Source: Gammaproteobacteria bacterium (GTDB taxonomy: Bacteria > Pseudomonadota > Gammaproteobacteria > JBCCGL01). From it: a DNA stretch of 64,000 nucleotides. Below, one piece after another: positions 10,256-20,928 of this stretch. The stretch covers positions 1,376,001-1,440,000 of the forward strand of contig OZ255836.1 of NCBI GenBank assembly GCA_965277715.1, in the 5' to 3' direction. Positions within the stretch are counted from its first letter, which is position 1. Each line of letters begins with the position of its first letter. The position numbers were made by a program, and so were the translations under genes. The notes beneath the pieces are model-generated. The model was not told the DNA's origin. It did not search any database and saw only the letters and a list, made by a program, of their open reading frames with translations.

Positions 10256-12361
10256 CTACCCTAACGACGCATTGCGTCTCAACAACCCCGGCATATCCAG
10301 AATCAACGCCATATTGCCGTTACCGGTAATCGTGGCGCCCGCCAGGCCAGGCAGCCCTTGTAGTATCGATCCCAGTGGTTTGATAACGACCTCTTCCTGG
10401 CCGATCACCTGGTCGACGACAAACCCCACGGGGCGGTTGTCGATTTGTACCATTAACACCTGTTCACCGTTACAGGCCTTTTTGCTGCTCTCGTTTGCCT
10501 CTTCAGGTGATAACAACCAATTGCGCAAATAAAACAGTGGCGGTGCCTTGCCGCGATTTTGAATCACCCGCTGGCCATCCACTATGTGGGTGGGCTTGGT
10601 ATTGAGTTCGAATATTTCATTGACAATCGATAGCGGCAAGGCAAATTTACGCCCACCCAACACCACCATCAAGGTCGGTAAAATGGCCAGCGTCAGGGGT
10701 ACTTTTATCGATAGCGTCGTGCCTTTCCCTTCAACCGAATCGACTTCCACCGAACCGTTTAACTGCGTGATACGCGTTTTCACGACATCCATGCCAACCC
10801 CCCGCCCCGAGACATCTGAGATTTCTGTTTTGGTCGAGGTGCCCGGCATAAAAATCAGCTCAAAGCACTCCTTGTCCGTCAGGCGATTGGCTGCGCCCGT
10901 ATCCATAATCCCCTTGCGTACCGCCATTTCCCGCAATGTATCCGGGTTCATCCCGGCACCGTCGTCGGCAATGGTTAACAGGATGTGATCACCCGCCTGC
11001 TCGGCACTCAGCACGACGGTGCCGCAGGGTGATTTACCCGCTGCTTTGCGGGCGGCGGGCAGCTCAATACCGTGATCGACCGAGTTGCGCACCAAGTGTA
11101 CCAGCGGATCGGCCAGTGCCTCGACCAGGTTTTTGTCAAGATCGGTGTCTTCACCGACCAGCTCAAGGTGAACCTCTTTGTTGAGGTTGCGCGCCAGATC
11201 GCGCACCACGCGGGGAAACCGGCCAAATACTTTCCTGACCGGTTGCATACGGGTTTTCATCACCGCACCCTGCAAATCGGCGGTAACCAGGTCGAGGTTG
11301 TTGACCGCCTGCACCATTTGCTCGTTTTCGTATTCGTTACGCAGTGAAGTCAGGCGGTTGCGCGCCAATACCAGCTCGCCAACCAGGTTCATAATATCGT
11401 CCAGGCACTTGGTATCGACACGCACACTGGATTCGGCCTTAATGGCTGGCGCCGCTTTAGGCACCGCTTTAAGGGACGTCCTGGCAGTGGCTTTAGGGTT
11501 CGATGGAAGCGGTGTGCCAGCAGCGGGCGCCTCCCGCACTGCTGCCTCTACGGCGACCGCTGTTTGTGCTACAGGCGCTTTCGGGCGGGTTGGCCCTTTG
11601 CCTGCACCGTGCATTTGATCGAGTATTGCCTGAAATTCATCATCGCTGATATTGTCATCACCCGCTTTACTGTCTGCCGATGCCTCGTCGGCGACAGGTT
11701 CAGGGGGGACAGGCACTTTACCGGGCGCTCTACCGCTGTGCCTGCCCTTGCCGTGCAGTGTATCCAGTAGCTGTTCAAACTCTTCTTCGCTGATGTCATC
11801 ACTGGGTGGCGCGGCGCCGCCATCATCTGCGACGGCGGGTTGATTATTCAGCAAGCCAGGCATCGCTCTGTAAGCGTTTTCACTCAGTGACCCTGTATTT
11901 TCAGTGGCGGATGCGCCTTGTTGGGTCAGTTCATCATCGGGATCGGCAACAGCGGTGGGCGGCTGTGGTGGGCTGACCTCGGCCAGTTGTGTGAGTTCAT
12001 TGAGTAATTCGGCATCGGCCGCCTGCGGTTCATTGCCTTCCTGAATTCCGGCAAACATGTCGTTGACAACGTCCAGCGAACGCAGGATAACATCCATTAA
12101 AGCCGTGTCGGCAACCCGCTGCCCTTGCCGTAACAGATTAAAAACATCCTCCGTTTTATGACTGATGTTAACCAGCTCAGTCAACGCCAAAAACCCAGCG
12201 CCTCCCTTGACGGTATGAAAACCACGAAATATCGCATTGATAAGCGCCATATCATCGGGGCGCTGTTCCAGCTCGACCAGTTGTTCACCCAATAATTCGA
12301 GAATCTCTCCCGCTTCAACGAGAAAGTCCTGAAGGATTTCATCTTGCAGATCGATGCTCAT
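10256..12361 (-). CDS. cheA: Chemotaxis histidine kinase CheA
   Basis: Hpt FRGFHTVKGG, HLVRNSVDHG, SGRGVGMDVV, C-terminal CheW-like domain. Confidence 0.97.
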   Translation of the reverse strand: MSIDLQDEILQDFLVEAGEILELLGEQLVELEQRPDDMALINAIFRGFHTVKGGAGFLALTELVNISHKTEDVFNLLRQGQRVADTALMDVILRSLDVVNDMFAGIQEGNEPQAADAELLNELTQLAEVSPPQPPTAVADPDDELTQQGASATENTGSLSENAYRAMPGLLNNQPAVADDGGAAPPSDDISEEEFEQLLDTLHGKGRHSGRAPGKVPVPPEPVADEASADSKAGDDNISDDEFQAILDQMHGAGKGPTRPKAPVAQTAVAVEAAVREAPAAGTPLPSNPKATARTSLKAVPKAAPAIKAESSVRVDTKCLDDIMNLVGELVLARNRLTSLRNEYENEQMVQAVNNLDLVTADLQGAVMKTRMQPVRKVFGRFPRVVRDLARNLNKEVHLELVGEDTDLDKNLVEALADPLVHLVRNSVDHGIELPAARKAAGKSPCGTVVLSAEQAGDHILLTIADDGAGMNPDTLREMAVRKGIMDTGAANRLTDKECFELIFMPGTSTKTEISDVSGRGVGMDVVKTRITQLNGSVEVDSVEGKGTTLSIKVPLTLAILPTLMVVLGGRKFALPLSIVNEIFELNTKPTHIVDGQRVIQNRGKAPPLFYLRNWLLSPEEANESSKKACNGEQVLMVQIDNRPVGFVVDQVIGQEEVVIKPLGSILQGLPGLAGATITGNGNMALILDMPGLLRRNASLG

Positions 12362-12378
12362 GGTTATTTTTCTGCCCG

Positions 12379-13134
12379 TTAAAAACCTAAACTCGCCAGT
12401 AGATCATCGACATCACCCTGTGATTTGACCACACCGTCAGTCTTGCCTGGCAATACCGGGCCTTCACCTTTTAGCATCGACTGCCGCTCATCGATGGCCT
12501 TTTGTTGATTATCGGGGTCACAAACGCCCCCACTCACCGCCACTAATTCGATCAGGCGTTCCTCTACATCGTCGACCAGCGTTATCACCTGCCTGATTAT
12601 CTGCCCGGTCAAATCCTGGAACCCCTGCGCCATCAATATCTTGTCCAGTTCACATTGCAGCGTATCCGCCGCCCGCTGGGTGTTGTTTAAGTGCTGTTCA
12701 ATATCGCTGGCGAGCACGTTAAAGCCGTCCAGTGACAGTTCTTTATTGCACAGTTTTTTCCAACGATCGAGCAGTTGAACAGCACTTTCACGGCCTGCCT
12801 GAACGATGGGAATACTGGCTTCGATAATAGTGAGGGTAGTGTTGGCAGAGTCTTCCGTCAGCTTGATTACGTGGTTCAAACGCTCACGCGCATCGGGGAA
12901 TTTATTGGCATCAAACCAGTCGTTCGGCGATTGGGTGCCGATAGCCCGCACCGTATCGTGCAGATTACGCGTCAACCGGCCAACATTTTGAAACAGGTCA
13001 TCGTCACGCGCTGAGGCGATATCCCCCACCAGTTGCAGTACCGCGTCGCGGTTACCGGCTTCGAGTTGTGCCACCAATTGCCTGGCACGCCCAAGGGTTT
13101 CCTCAGACATTAAGGCATCGGCTGTCTGCCCCAT
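12379..13134 (-). CDS. cheZ: Chemotaxis phosphatase CheZ
   Basis: MAQGFQDLTGQ and QGDVDDLLASLGF. Confidence 0.96.
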   Translation of the reverse strand: MGQTADALMSEETLGRARQLVAQLEAGNRDAVLQLVGDIASARDDDLFQNVGRLTRNLHDTVRAIGTQSPNDWFDANKFPDARERLNHVIKLTEDSANTTLTIIEASIPIVQAGRESAVQLLDRWKKLCNKELSLDGFNVLASDIEQHLNNTQRAADTLQCELDKILMAQGFQDLTGQIIRQVITLVDDVEERLIELVAVSGGVCDPDNQQKAIDERQSMLKGEGPVLPGKTDGVVKSQGDVDDLLASLGF

Positions 13135-13144
13135 CGCATGCCCC

Positions 13145-13531
13145 TCAGACTTCTATTCGCTCGAAAATCCGCTCGATTTTCTCTTTCAGTGTAATCGCGG
13201 TAAAGGGCTTGACAACATAGCCATTTACCCCGGCCTGTGCCGCCTCGACAATCTGTTCACGCTTGGACTCTGCGGTCACCATGAGTACGGGCAGATCCGC
13301 GAGGTTCTCATCTACGCGTACTTTCTTCAGTAACTCAAGGCCGGTCATACCCGGCATATTCCAGTCGGTGACCAGAAAATCAAACCCCCCGGACTTTAAT
13401 AATGGAAACGCTGTATTGCCATCATCGGCCTCTTCCATATTGCTAAAGCCAAGGTCTTTAAGAAGATTTTTCACAATGCGCCGCATTGTCGAAAAATCAT
13501 CCACCACCAATATTTTCATGTCTTTGTTCAT
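13145..13531 (-). CDS. cheY: Chemotaxis response regulator CheY
   Basis: [30 protein letters not shown]. Confidence 0.97.
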   Translation of the reverse strand: MNKDMKILVVDDFSTMRRIVKNLLKDLGFSNMEEADDGNTAFPLLKSGGFDFLVTDWNMPGMTGLELLKKVRVDENLADLPVLMVTAESKREQIVEAAQAGVNGYVVKPFTAITLKEKIERIFERIEV

Positions 13532-13573
13532 CGCCCACTTCACTCAGGTAGTGATTTGTTACCCCTAAATTAA

Positions 13574-14326
13574 TCACGCTTCCAATTCCGGCTCGGTCGT
13601 GCTCGTACGCCACATCGATAAGCGCGCCTTCAGGCGGATTAATGCCTGGCCATGAATTTGGCAAACACGCGATTCGCTCACGCCGAGAATTTCACCGATC
13701 TCACGCAGGTTTAGCTCATCGGTATAGTAAAAAGACATCACCAGGCTTTCGCGCTCTGGCAGCTTGCCGATCGCCTCACTCAGTTGTTTGTGGAAGCGCT
13801 CATGGTCCATCGTGTGTTGTGGCCCTCTGTCGTTGCTCTCCGGCAACTGGGTGTATTCGTTGTTGTTCTCATCCGGTTGGTCAAAACTGAATACCCGCGA
13901 GGTCGTGCTCTCGCGCAAAATCTGGTGGTACTCGGCAACCGAGATGCCCATATATTCAGCGACTTCGGTGTCTTTTGCCTCGCGCCCGGTAAGCTGTTCA
14001 ATCTGGCGCAAGGCCTCTGCCGCCTCGCGAGATTTGCGGTGTACTGAGCGCGGTGTCCAGTCTGAGCGACGGATCTCATCAAGCATCGCACCGCGCACAC
14101 GTATGCCCGCATAAGTTTCAAAGCTGGCACCCTGCGATGCGTCGTAGTGCCTGGCCGCCTCCAGCAGACCAATCATCCCCGCCTGAATTAAATCCTCGGC
14201 CTGCACACTGGGCGGCAGACGGTTCAGCAGGTGAAAAGCAATGCGTTTGACCAGGTTGGCGTGTTGACTCACCAGTTCATCGCAAGATGAATTTTGTATT
14301 TCAGCGTACATAACGTGTGCATTCAT
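13574..14326 (-). CDS. fliA: Flagellar sigma factor sigma28
   Basis: DLIQAGMIGLLEA, DWTPRSVHR, VSESRVCQIH. Confidence 0.97.
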   Translation of the reverse strand: MNAHVMYAEIQNSSCDELVSQHANLVKRIAFHLLNRLPPSVQAEDLIQAGMIGLLEAARHYDASQGASFETYAGIRVRGAMLDEIRRSDWTPRSVHRKSREAAEALRQIEQLTGREAKDTEVAEYMGISVAEYHQILRESTTSRVFSFDQPDENNNEYTQLPESNDRGPQHTMDHERFHKQLSEAIGKLPERESLVMSFYYTDELNLREIGEILGVSESRVCQIHGQALIRLKARLSMWRTSTTEPELEA

Positions 14327-15210
14327 AACCGTCGAGCCCCCTCCTGCGCGCTGAAGCGGATAAGCCGCTCGACAAAAAACTCCAGATGACCTTCAGCATG
14401 AGCAGGTGTCGGCCACTTATCTATTTTCTGAACCAGTTTCTTGAACGCGATCCCGGCGCGGCTGCGCGGGTAGGCGTCAACCACCGCCTTTTGCTGCCGA
14501 ACGGCTTTGAGTAACACGTCGTCGTAGGGAATAACCCCGATAAATTCCAGAGTGACATCGAGAAAACGCTCGGTCACCAGGGTCAGTTTGGCGAACAGCT
14601 CGTGCCCTTGTTTGGTTGATCGCGCCATATTGGCGACCACGTGAAAATGGTCGATATGGTAGTCGCGGCTCAATACTTTAATTGTGGCATAGGCGTCCGT
14701 AATCGACGCCGGTTCATCGCACACCACAACGATCACCTCGCGTGCCGCACGGGTAAACGCCATCACCGAGCTGGATAAACCTGCGGCGGTATCCACAATG
14801 AGTGTGTCGATGGGGTAACTCAATTCACTAAACGCCTGAATCACACCCGCATTCTCAGCCGGGCCAAGCTCCGCCATGCGCTGCGCCCCGGAGGCAGCGG
14901 GCACGATTTTAATACCCGCAGGCCCCTCTATCATCACTTCTTCCAGCGTGCGCTCACCGTTGACAACGTGCTCCAGGTTATAGTCGGGGCGCAAACCCAG
15001 GAGTACATCGATATTGGCCAGGCCAAGGTCGGCATCCATCAACATCACCTGGTGGCCGACATTGGCCATCGCCACCGCTATATTGACCGAGATATTCGAT
15101 TTGCCCACGCCACCCTTGCCACTGGTGATGGCAATCACGCAGACAGGCTGTGGGTTGGCGATGTGCCGCAAACCGGCCGCCTGGTCGTTGTACGCCTCAG
15201 ACACGCGCAT
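14323..15210 (-). CDS. flhG: Flagellar number regulator FlhG/FleN (MinD-like ATPase)
   Basis: DQAAGL, SGKGGVGKS, DADLGLAN; located between flhF and fliA. Confidence 0.95.
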   Translation of the reverse strand: MRVSEAYNDQAAGLRHIANPQPVCVIAITSGKGGVGKSNISVNIAVAMANVGHQVMLMDADLGLANIDVLLGLRPDYNLEHVVNGERTLEEVMIEGPAGIKIVPAASGAQRMAELGPAENAGVIQAFSELSYPIDTLIVDTAAGLSSSVMAFTRAAREVIVVVCDEPASITDAYATIKVLSRDYHIDHFHVVANMARSTKQGHELFAKLTLVTERFLDVTLEFIGVIPYDDVLLKAVRQQKAVVDAYPRSRAGIAFKKLVQKIDKWPTPAHAEGHLEFFVERLIRFSAQEGARRL

Positions 15211-16813
15211 GGGCCACCCCGCTCGCATAGCGCACCGCTAAGGTGTCCGGGTCTATCTTCTCACCGTAGTGCTCCGCCATCGGCACAGCACGGCTCACCA
15301 GGCGGTGCGCACGTGCGGGTTGCAGGTCTTCCGGCACCCGCTGCCCAACGCCGACATAGGCGATAGGCAGTTTGTGGCGTATGGCCACGGTCAGCACTGC
15401 CCCGATGCTGGTGGTTTCATCCAGTTTGGTGACGATGCAGCTATTCAAATCGACCCGGCCAAAGCCTTTAAACGATTCATCCAGCGCGCCGAGCTGCGTG
15501 TTGGCCGCGATAACTAGGTAAGAGCGGATAATGGGGAAACTGTCGCGCAGTGTGGAAAACTGCTCGTTGAGGCGCATATCGCGCTGGCTCATACCGGCGG
15601 TGTCAATCAACACCAGTTTCTTGTCAAAAAAGCCCCCTAGCGCCGCGCTGAATTCATCCTGGTTATTCGCGGTTTTAAACGGCACGCCGAGAATCCGGGC
15701 AAAATTGTGCAATTGTTCATGGGCGCCAATGCGGTAACTGTCTGTACTGATCAGAGCCACGCTGTGCTGGCCGTGGCGCATCACAAAGCGCGCCGCCAGC
15801 TTTGCCACGCTGGTGGTTTTGCCAACACCCGTGGGGCCGACCAGGGCAGCCACGCCCCCGTTATCGAGCAGCTCATCGTCGGCGATGGGGATTTGGCTGG
15901 CGAGGCGACCCAGTGCCAGACGCCAGGTTTTTTCCGGGTCATTCGACGCCAGCGAATCGGTGACCAGGGGGCGCGCTATATCGCTACCCAACCCCATTTC
16001 ACTGAGCCGGGAGAGCAGGTCGAACTGCACCGGGCTGCGCTTTGCCAGCGAGTCCAGCTCCAGCACAGACAGTTGGTTCTGCATCAAACCGTGTAGCGAG
16101 TGCAGCTCCCGCTGTAAATCCTGAATCACCTGCCCCTGTTGCCAGGATGCCGATGTGTCTGTCACTGACGGTGTATACCCGGGTGGTTGGGCCTGGAATT
16201 GGGCCTGAGATTGGTTCTGATATTGAGCCTGGGATTGCCCATCTGCTGCTGCCCCGGGTGCAGTCCTGGGTACAGCCGATATATCGACAATATTTTCCGT
16301 GTGCGCTGTGTCCACAGGGGCTGCCTGTCGGGGTGTTTTACTGTGGCTATTGCGCGATGACTGGGGCCTCGCAGTCTGTGCGGGTGTACCTGCTCTATCT
16401 GTCCCAGCCCTGGCGACCCCGCCGCTACCTGTTGCACCGCTCGTTTTGCGCGGCGCCGGACACCGGGTATCACCCAATAGGGATTTAGACAGCATAGGGT
16501 TGGCTAAAGCCGCCATCTGAGACCTGGCGACAGCCTGGTAGGATAGATGCGTCGGTGGGTCCTTATCGACATCGGCATCTGATGGTGCAGATAATGGCTC
16601 GCCCGGTCGCGATGACTCTGGTAGTGATGATTCAGGTAGAGATGATTCTGGCGGCGTGTCGAAAGCCGCTTCGTCGTAATCGATCGCCGAGATGATTTCA
16701 ACCCCATCCGCAACTTTACGGTTTGCCAGAATGACCGCATCCGGCCCCTGCTCCTGACGCACCTTGTTCATCGCCTCGCGCACACTGGGCGCAGTGGTTC
16801 TTTTTATTTTCAT
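15197..16813 (-). CDS. flhF: Flagellar SRP-like GTPase FlhF with long low-complexity B-domain
   Basis: MKIKR, GPDAVIL, GPTGVGKTT, DTAG, TKLDE, GQRVPED. Confidence 0.96.
   Translation of the reverse strand: MKIKRTTAPSVREAMNKVRQEQGPDAVILANRKVADGVEIISAIDYDEAAFDTPPESSLPESSLPESSRPGEPLSAPSDADVDKDPPTHLSYQAVARSQMAALANPMLSKSLLGDTRCPAPRKTSGATGSGGVARAGTDRAGTPAQTARPQSSRNSHSKTPRQAAPVDTAHTENIVDISAVPRTAPGAAADGQSQAQYQNQSQAQFQAQPPGYTPSVTDTSASWQQGQVIQDLQRELHSLHGLMQNQLSVLELDSLAKRSPVQFDLLSRLSEMGLGSDIARPLVTDSLASNDPEKTWRLALGRLASQIPIADDELLDNGGVAALVGPTGVGKTTSVAKLAARFVMRHGQHSVALISTDSYRIGAHEQLHNFARILGVPFKTANNQDEFSAALGGFFDKKLVLIDTAGMSQRDMRLNEQFSTLRDSFPIIRSYLVIAANTQLGALDESFKGFGRVDLNSCIVTKLDETTSIGAVLTVAIRHKLPIAYVGVGQRVPEDLQPARAHRLVSRAVPMAEHYGEKIDPDTLAVRYASGVAHARV
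16611..16655. repeat. Three imperfect 15-bp tandem repeats encoding PESS(L) units in FlhF
   Basis: gatgactctggtagt / gatgattcaggtaga / gatgattctggcggc. Confidence 0.75.
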
Positions 16814-16873
16814 TGGCCGCACTCCAGCACAGCGTTTGTTTTGTCATCATTCATCTTGTCAATTCGTTCCACT

Positions 16874-18994
16874 TCACCCACCTACCGTACTCACAATTTT
16901 TATCTGTTTATCCTGCGGGACTTCGCTATAACTCAATACATGTAACGCGGCCAGGCTGTGTTTTAGCCAGCGCGAGATGCCCGCACGCATCGCGGCGGGC
17001 ACCAGCAGGATGGCCGGTTCACCGTTGACCTCACGCTGTGCCACCGCTTCGCGCAGCGATTGGTGCAATCGGTCTGCCATACCGGGTTCAAACCCCATTG
17101 CACCGGACTGCCCACCCGGCTGTTCGCCACCCGACTGCTGCAATAACTGTTCCAGCGAGGGGTCCAGCGTCATCACCGCAAGCGAATCGCTGGTGCCCGC
17201 GATGTTTTGTACAATCATGCGGCTCAGTGCAATGCGCACATGGGCCGTTAAGTTCATCGCATCCGGGGCGGCAGCGGCGTGCTCGGCGATGGTCTCGGCA
17301 ATGGTGCGCATATCGCGCAGCGGAATCCCCTCGGCCAGGAGGTTTTGCAATACCTTTACCAGTACGCCGAGCGGCAGTGTGTCCGGCACCAGATCCTCGG
17401 CCAGTTTGGGGGCCGATTTGGCCAGTGAATCGAGCAGGCGCTGCGCCTCGTCATGGCCCAGCAATTGATCGGCATTGGCTTTGAGAATCTGGCTGAGGTG
17501 CGTGGCCACCACCGTGCTGGTATCGACCACGGTATAACCCAGGGTGTGCGCCTGATCTTTGCGTGATGCCCCTATCCACAGTGCATCGAGGCCAAATGCC
17601 GGGTCTTTGGTTTCAATCCCCTCCAGCGCGCCGTACACCGTGCCAGGATTAATCGCCAACTCCTTGCCGGGCTGCAATTCGCCCTCACCCACCGTCACCC
17701 CCAGCAGGCTGATGCGGTAGGTATTGGGGGCGAGGTTGAGGTTGTCGCGAATGTGTACCGCCTGCATCAAAAACCCCAGTTCCTGCGACAGTTTCTTGCG
17801 TATCCCTTTGATTCTGTTTAACAACTGGCCATTCTGATTGCGGTCCACCAGCGGGATCAACCCGTAGCCAACCTCCAGTCCCACCACATCGACAGCCGGT
17901 ACATCATCCCAGCTCAACTCGGCGGATTCAGTGTCATCCACCGCCGCCGCTGCGGCATCAGCCGGTTCGGCCACAGCGGGCTGTGAACGGCGTTTGTGCA
18001 GTAACACCGCCAGCCCGGCCAGGCTCGCAGAAAAAAACAAAAACACCAGATTGGGCATCCCCGGCACCAAACCAATCATGCCTAAAATAGTGGCGGTGAC
18101 GATCAATGGCCGGGGGTTATTCAATAGCTGGGCGCTGACCTGCTGCCCCATATCCTGGGCGGCGGAAACGCGTGTAATAATAATCGCCGCCGCCGTCGAC
18201 AACACCAGCGAGGGTACTTGCGCCACCAGGCCGTCACCGATAGTCAATAAAGCGTAATTTTCCATCGCCACAGAAAACGACAGATCGTGCTGTAACATAC
18301 CGATTACCAGGCCACCGATAATGTTGATAAATAAAATGATGATCCCGGCAATCGCATCGCCGCGCACAAATTTGCTGGCACCGTCCATCGCACCGTAAAA
18401 ATCGGCCTCTTCAGACACTTCCCGGCGGCGCGTGCGTGCCTCATCCTGGCCAATCAGGCCCGCATTCAGGTCGGCGTCTATCGCCATTTGCTTGCCGGGC
18501 AAAGCATCCAGGGTAAAACGCGCTGTCACTTCAGAAATACGCCCGGCACCTTTGGTGACGACTACAAAATTGATAATCACCAATATCGCAAAGACCACCA
18601 GGCCGACCGCATAATTGCCACCGATAACAAACTCACCAAAGGCTTCAATCACCTTGCCGGCAGCCCCCACCCCCGTGTGCCCCTCCAGCAACACCACGCG
18701 GGTCGAGGCGATATTCAACGCCAGGCGCATCAGTGTCGCGATCAATAAAATGGTGGGGAACGCACCAAATTCCAGTGGCCGTAAAACGTAGACCACCACC
18801 AGTAAAATGATCAATGAAAAGGCAATATTGAAGGTGAAAAATAAATCCAGCGCCAGCGGTGGCAACGGCACCACCATCATCGCCAGCATCACGATAACCA
18901 GCAGTGGCGCACCGGCCCCCGAGCGCACGGTATGCACCAGTTGCATGGCCTTATGCCCTGCCTCCTGTAGCGAATAAGCGGATAGCTTAATCAT
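16874..18994 (-). CDS. flhA: Flagellar export gate protein FlhA
   Basis: ARFTLDALPGKQMAIDADL, FYGAMDGASKFVRGDA. Confidence 0.97.
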   Translation of the reverse strand: MIKLSAYSLQEAGHKAMQLVHTVRSGAGAPLLVIVMLAMMVVPLPPLALDLFFTFNIAFSLIILLVVVYVLRPLEFGAFPTILLIATLMRLALNIASTRVVLLEGHTGVGAAGKVIEAFGEFVIGGNYAVGLVVFAILVIINFVVVTKGAGRISEVTARFTLDALPGKQMAIDADLNAGLIGQDEARTRRREVSEEADFYGAMDGASKFVRGDAIAGIIILFINIIGGLVIGMLQHDLSFSVAMENYALLTIGDGLVAQVPSLVLSTAAAIIITRVSAAQDMGQQVSAQLLNNPRPLIVTATILGMIGLVPGMPNLVFLFFSASLAGLAVLLHKRRSQPAVAEPADAAAAAVDDTESAELSWDDVPAVDVVGLEVGYGLIPLVDRNQNGQLLNRIKGIRKKLSQELGFLMQAVHIRDNLNLAPNTYRISLLGVTVGEGELQPGKELAINPGTVYGALEGIETKDPAFGLDALWIGASRKDQAHTLGYTVVDTSTVVATHLSQILKANADQLLGHDEAQRLLDSLAKSAPKLAEDLVPDTLPLGVLVKVLQNLLAEGIPLRDMRTIAETIAEHAAAAPDAMNLTAHVRIALSRMIVQNIAGTSDSLAVMTLDPSLEQLLQQSGGEQPGGQSGAMGFEPGMADRLHQSLREAVAQREVNGEPAILLVPAAMRAGISRWLKHSLAALHVLSYSEVPQDKQIKIVSTVGG

Positions 18995-20151
18995 ACGCCG
19001 GTCTCACCCGGGCTAATGTTATAGGCATCTAAAAAATCGGCGGGCACATCCGGCACCGGTTTTTTCGGGCGCGGTGTGCCCCGCTTGCGCGCAACGCGAA
19101 GCTGAAAAACAAAACCCAACACCTGGGCGACCGCCAGGTACAGCGGTGAGGGGATTTCCCGGTTCAGGTCGGTACTGGCGAACAGTGCGCGCGCCAGTGG
19201 TGGCGCCTCGACAACGGCAATGTCGTTTTGTTTGGCAATCTCACGGATGCGCAGGGCGACCAGGCCCGTGCCCTTGGCCACCAGTAACGGCGCCCGCATG
19301 TGTGAATGATCGTAGCGCAGCGCGACTGAAAAATGTGTTGGGTTGGTAATCACCACATCCGCTGTCGGCACTTCATCCATCATCCGCGCATTCGCCATGC
19401 GCTGCTGTAACTGGCGAATTCTGGCTTTCACTTCCGGCTTACCCTCGGTTTGGCGCTGCTCGTCTTTAACCTCCTGCAGGGTCATTCTCAGCTCCTTCCT
19501 GTGCTGCCAGATTTGAAACGGCACATCAATCGCGGCAATAAATACCATGCCGCAGGCCATCGCGATCAACGACCACAACAATAAACTGGACACCTCCACA
19601 ATCGCAGGTTCTAACGGGTTTGAGACCAGCGCAAGAAAATGGTCAAAAAACTGCATAAATAAAACCAGACCGATAGCGCCGACTATCGCCACTTTAAGCA
19701 GTGATTTGATTAACTCCACCAACCCCTTAACGGAAAAAATACGTGCTATCCCTTTTAAGGGATTCAGTTTGCTCAGTTTCGGCTGTAGATTTTTAAGCGT
19801 AAACACCCAGCCACCGAGAATAATTGGTGCGCACACCGCAGCGACAAACATCAGTAACATAAAGGGTGTCAGCGCAAACAGGGTGTTCATTACGGTTGTC
19901 TGTAAGCTGGCGAGTAGAAACAACGGGTCGAACAACTGTTGTTTATCGATGCTGAAATTATCGCGAAGGTTCTGCGCGACATCAGACAAAATACCTGGCC
20001 CCATCAGCATTAGGGCGCCACCCGCAAAAATTGTCAGTACCGTGGTATTAAAATCGACCGAGCGCGGTACCTGGCCTTTTTCTTTGGTATCGCGCAGTTT
20101 TTTGGGCGTGGGTTCCTCGGTTTTTTCTGAGCCGTTTTCGTTCTCAGCCAC
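18991..20151 (-). CDS. flhB: Flagellar export protein FlhB
   Basis: EKTEEPTPKK, autocleavage motif NPTH; GTG start. Confidence 0.97.
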   Translation of the reverse strand: MAENENGSEKTEEPTPKKLRDTKEKGQVPRSVDFNTTVLTIFAGGALMLMGPGILSDVAQNLRDNFSIDKQQLFDPLFLLASLQTTVMNTLFALTPFMLLMFVAAVCAPIILGGWVFTLKNLQPKLSKLNPLKGIARIFSVKGLVELIKSLLKVAIVGAIGLVLFMQFFDHFLALVSNPLEPAIVEVSSLLLWSLIAMACGMVFIAAIDVPFQIWQHRKELRMTLQEVKDEQRQTEGKPEVKARIRQLQQRMANARMMDEVPTADVVITNPTHFSVALRYDHSHMRAPLLVAKGTGLVALRIREIAKQNDIAVVEAPPLARALFASTDLNREIPSPLYLAVAQVLGFVFQLRVARKRGTPRPKKPVPDVPADFLDAYNISPGETGV

Positions 20152-20152
20152 C

Positions 20153-20926
20153 TCAGCCTCCCACCAGCGTGCGTGCGAGTTGTAAACCCTCGTTTAATAG
20201 ATGCGCAAATATCGGTAAAAATGTGCGTATAAACAACATCATGGTAATAAAACCAATCAATATCGTCAGTGGAAACCCCACTGAAAATATATTCAATTGG
20301 GGCGCTGCCCGCGTCATCACGCCCAGGGCGATATACACAAACATCAGTGAGGCGATCACCGGCAGTGAAACGTGCACAGCGCTGGCAAACATCTGGCTGG
20401 CCCAGCCCGCGATAACCCAAAAAGCGTCACGCTCCAGGCCCAGTGGTGCGAGTGGCAGGGTGTAAAAACTCTGCACCAATACCTCGATTAATATGGCATG
20501 ACCGTCCATTGTCAGGTACAGCAAGGTGGCGATAATGGTAAAAAACTGCGAGACAACCGGCACAGTCACACCGTTTTGCGGGTCGACCATAGAGGCAAAG
20601 CCCAGACCCATGGCAAACGCCATTTGCTCGCCTGCCATCACCAGCACAGAAAACACCATTTGTAAAATAAACCCCATGCTGGCGCCGATCAAAACCTGCT
20701 GTAAAACAATCAATAAACCACTGGCGCTGAATACATCGACCACCGGTACTGCCGGAATTAACGGGGCTACCGTCAGTGTCATAACCACCGCCAGGATAAT
20801 ACGCACCCGCACCGGAATCATCCGCGTACCCAGCACAGGGGCGGCAATAAACAACGCACTGATACGAATAAAAGGCCAGAAAAAAGTACCGACTAATGCG
20901 CTTAACTCAGCGCCGCTAACCGCCAT
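20153..20926 (-). CDS. fliR: Flagellar export protein FliR
   Basis: FFWPFIRISA, MGLGFASMVDP, RAAPQLNIF. Confidence 0.96.
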   Translation of the reverse strand: MAVSGAELSALVGTFFWPFIRISALFIAAPVLGTRMIPVRVRIILAVVMTLTVAPLIPAVPVVDVFSASGLLIVLQQVLIGASMGFILQMVFSVLVMAGEQMAFAMGLGFASMVDPQNGVTVPVVSQFFTIIATLLYLTMDGHAILIEVLVQSFYTLPLAPLGLERDAFWVIAGWASQMFASAVHVSLPVIASLMFVYIALGVMTRAAPQLNIFSVGFPLTILIGFITMMLFIRTFLPIFAHLLNEGLQLARTLVGG

Positions 20927-20928
20927 GG

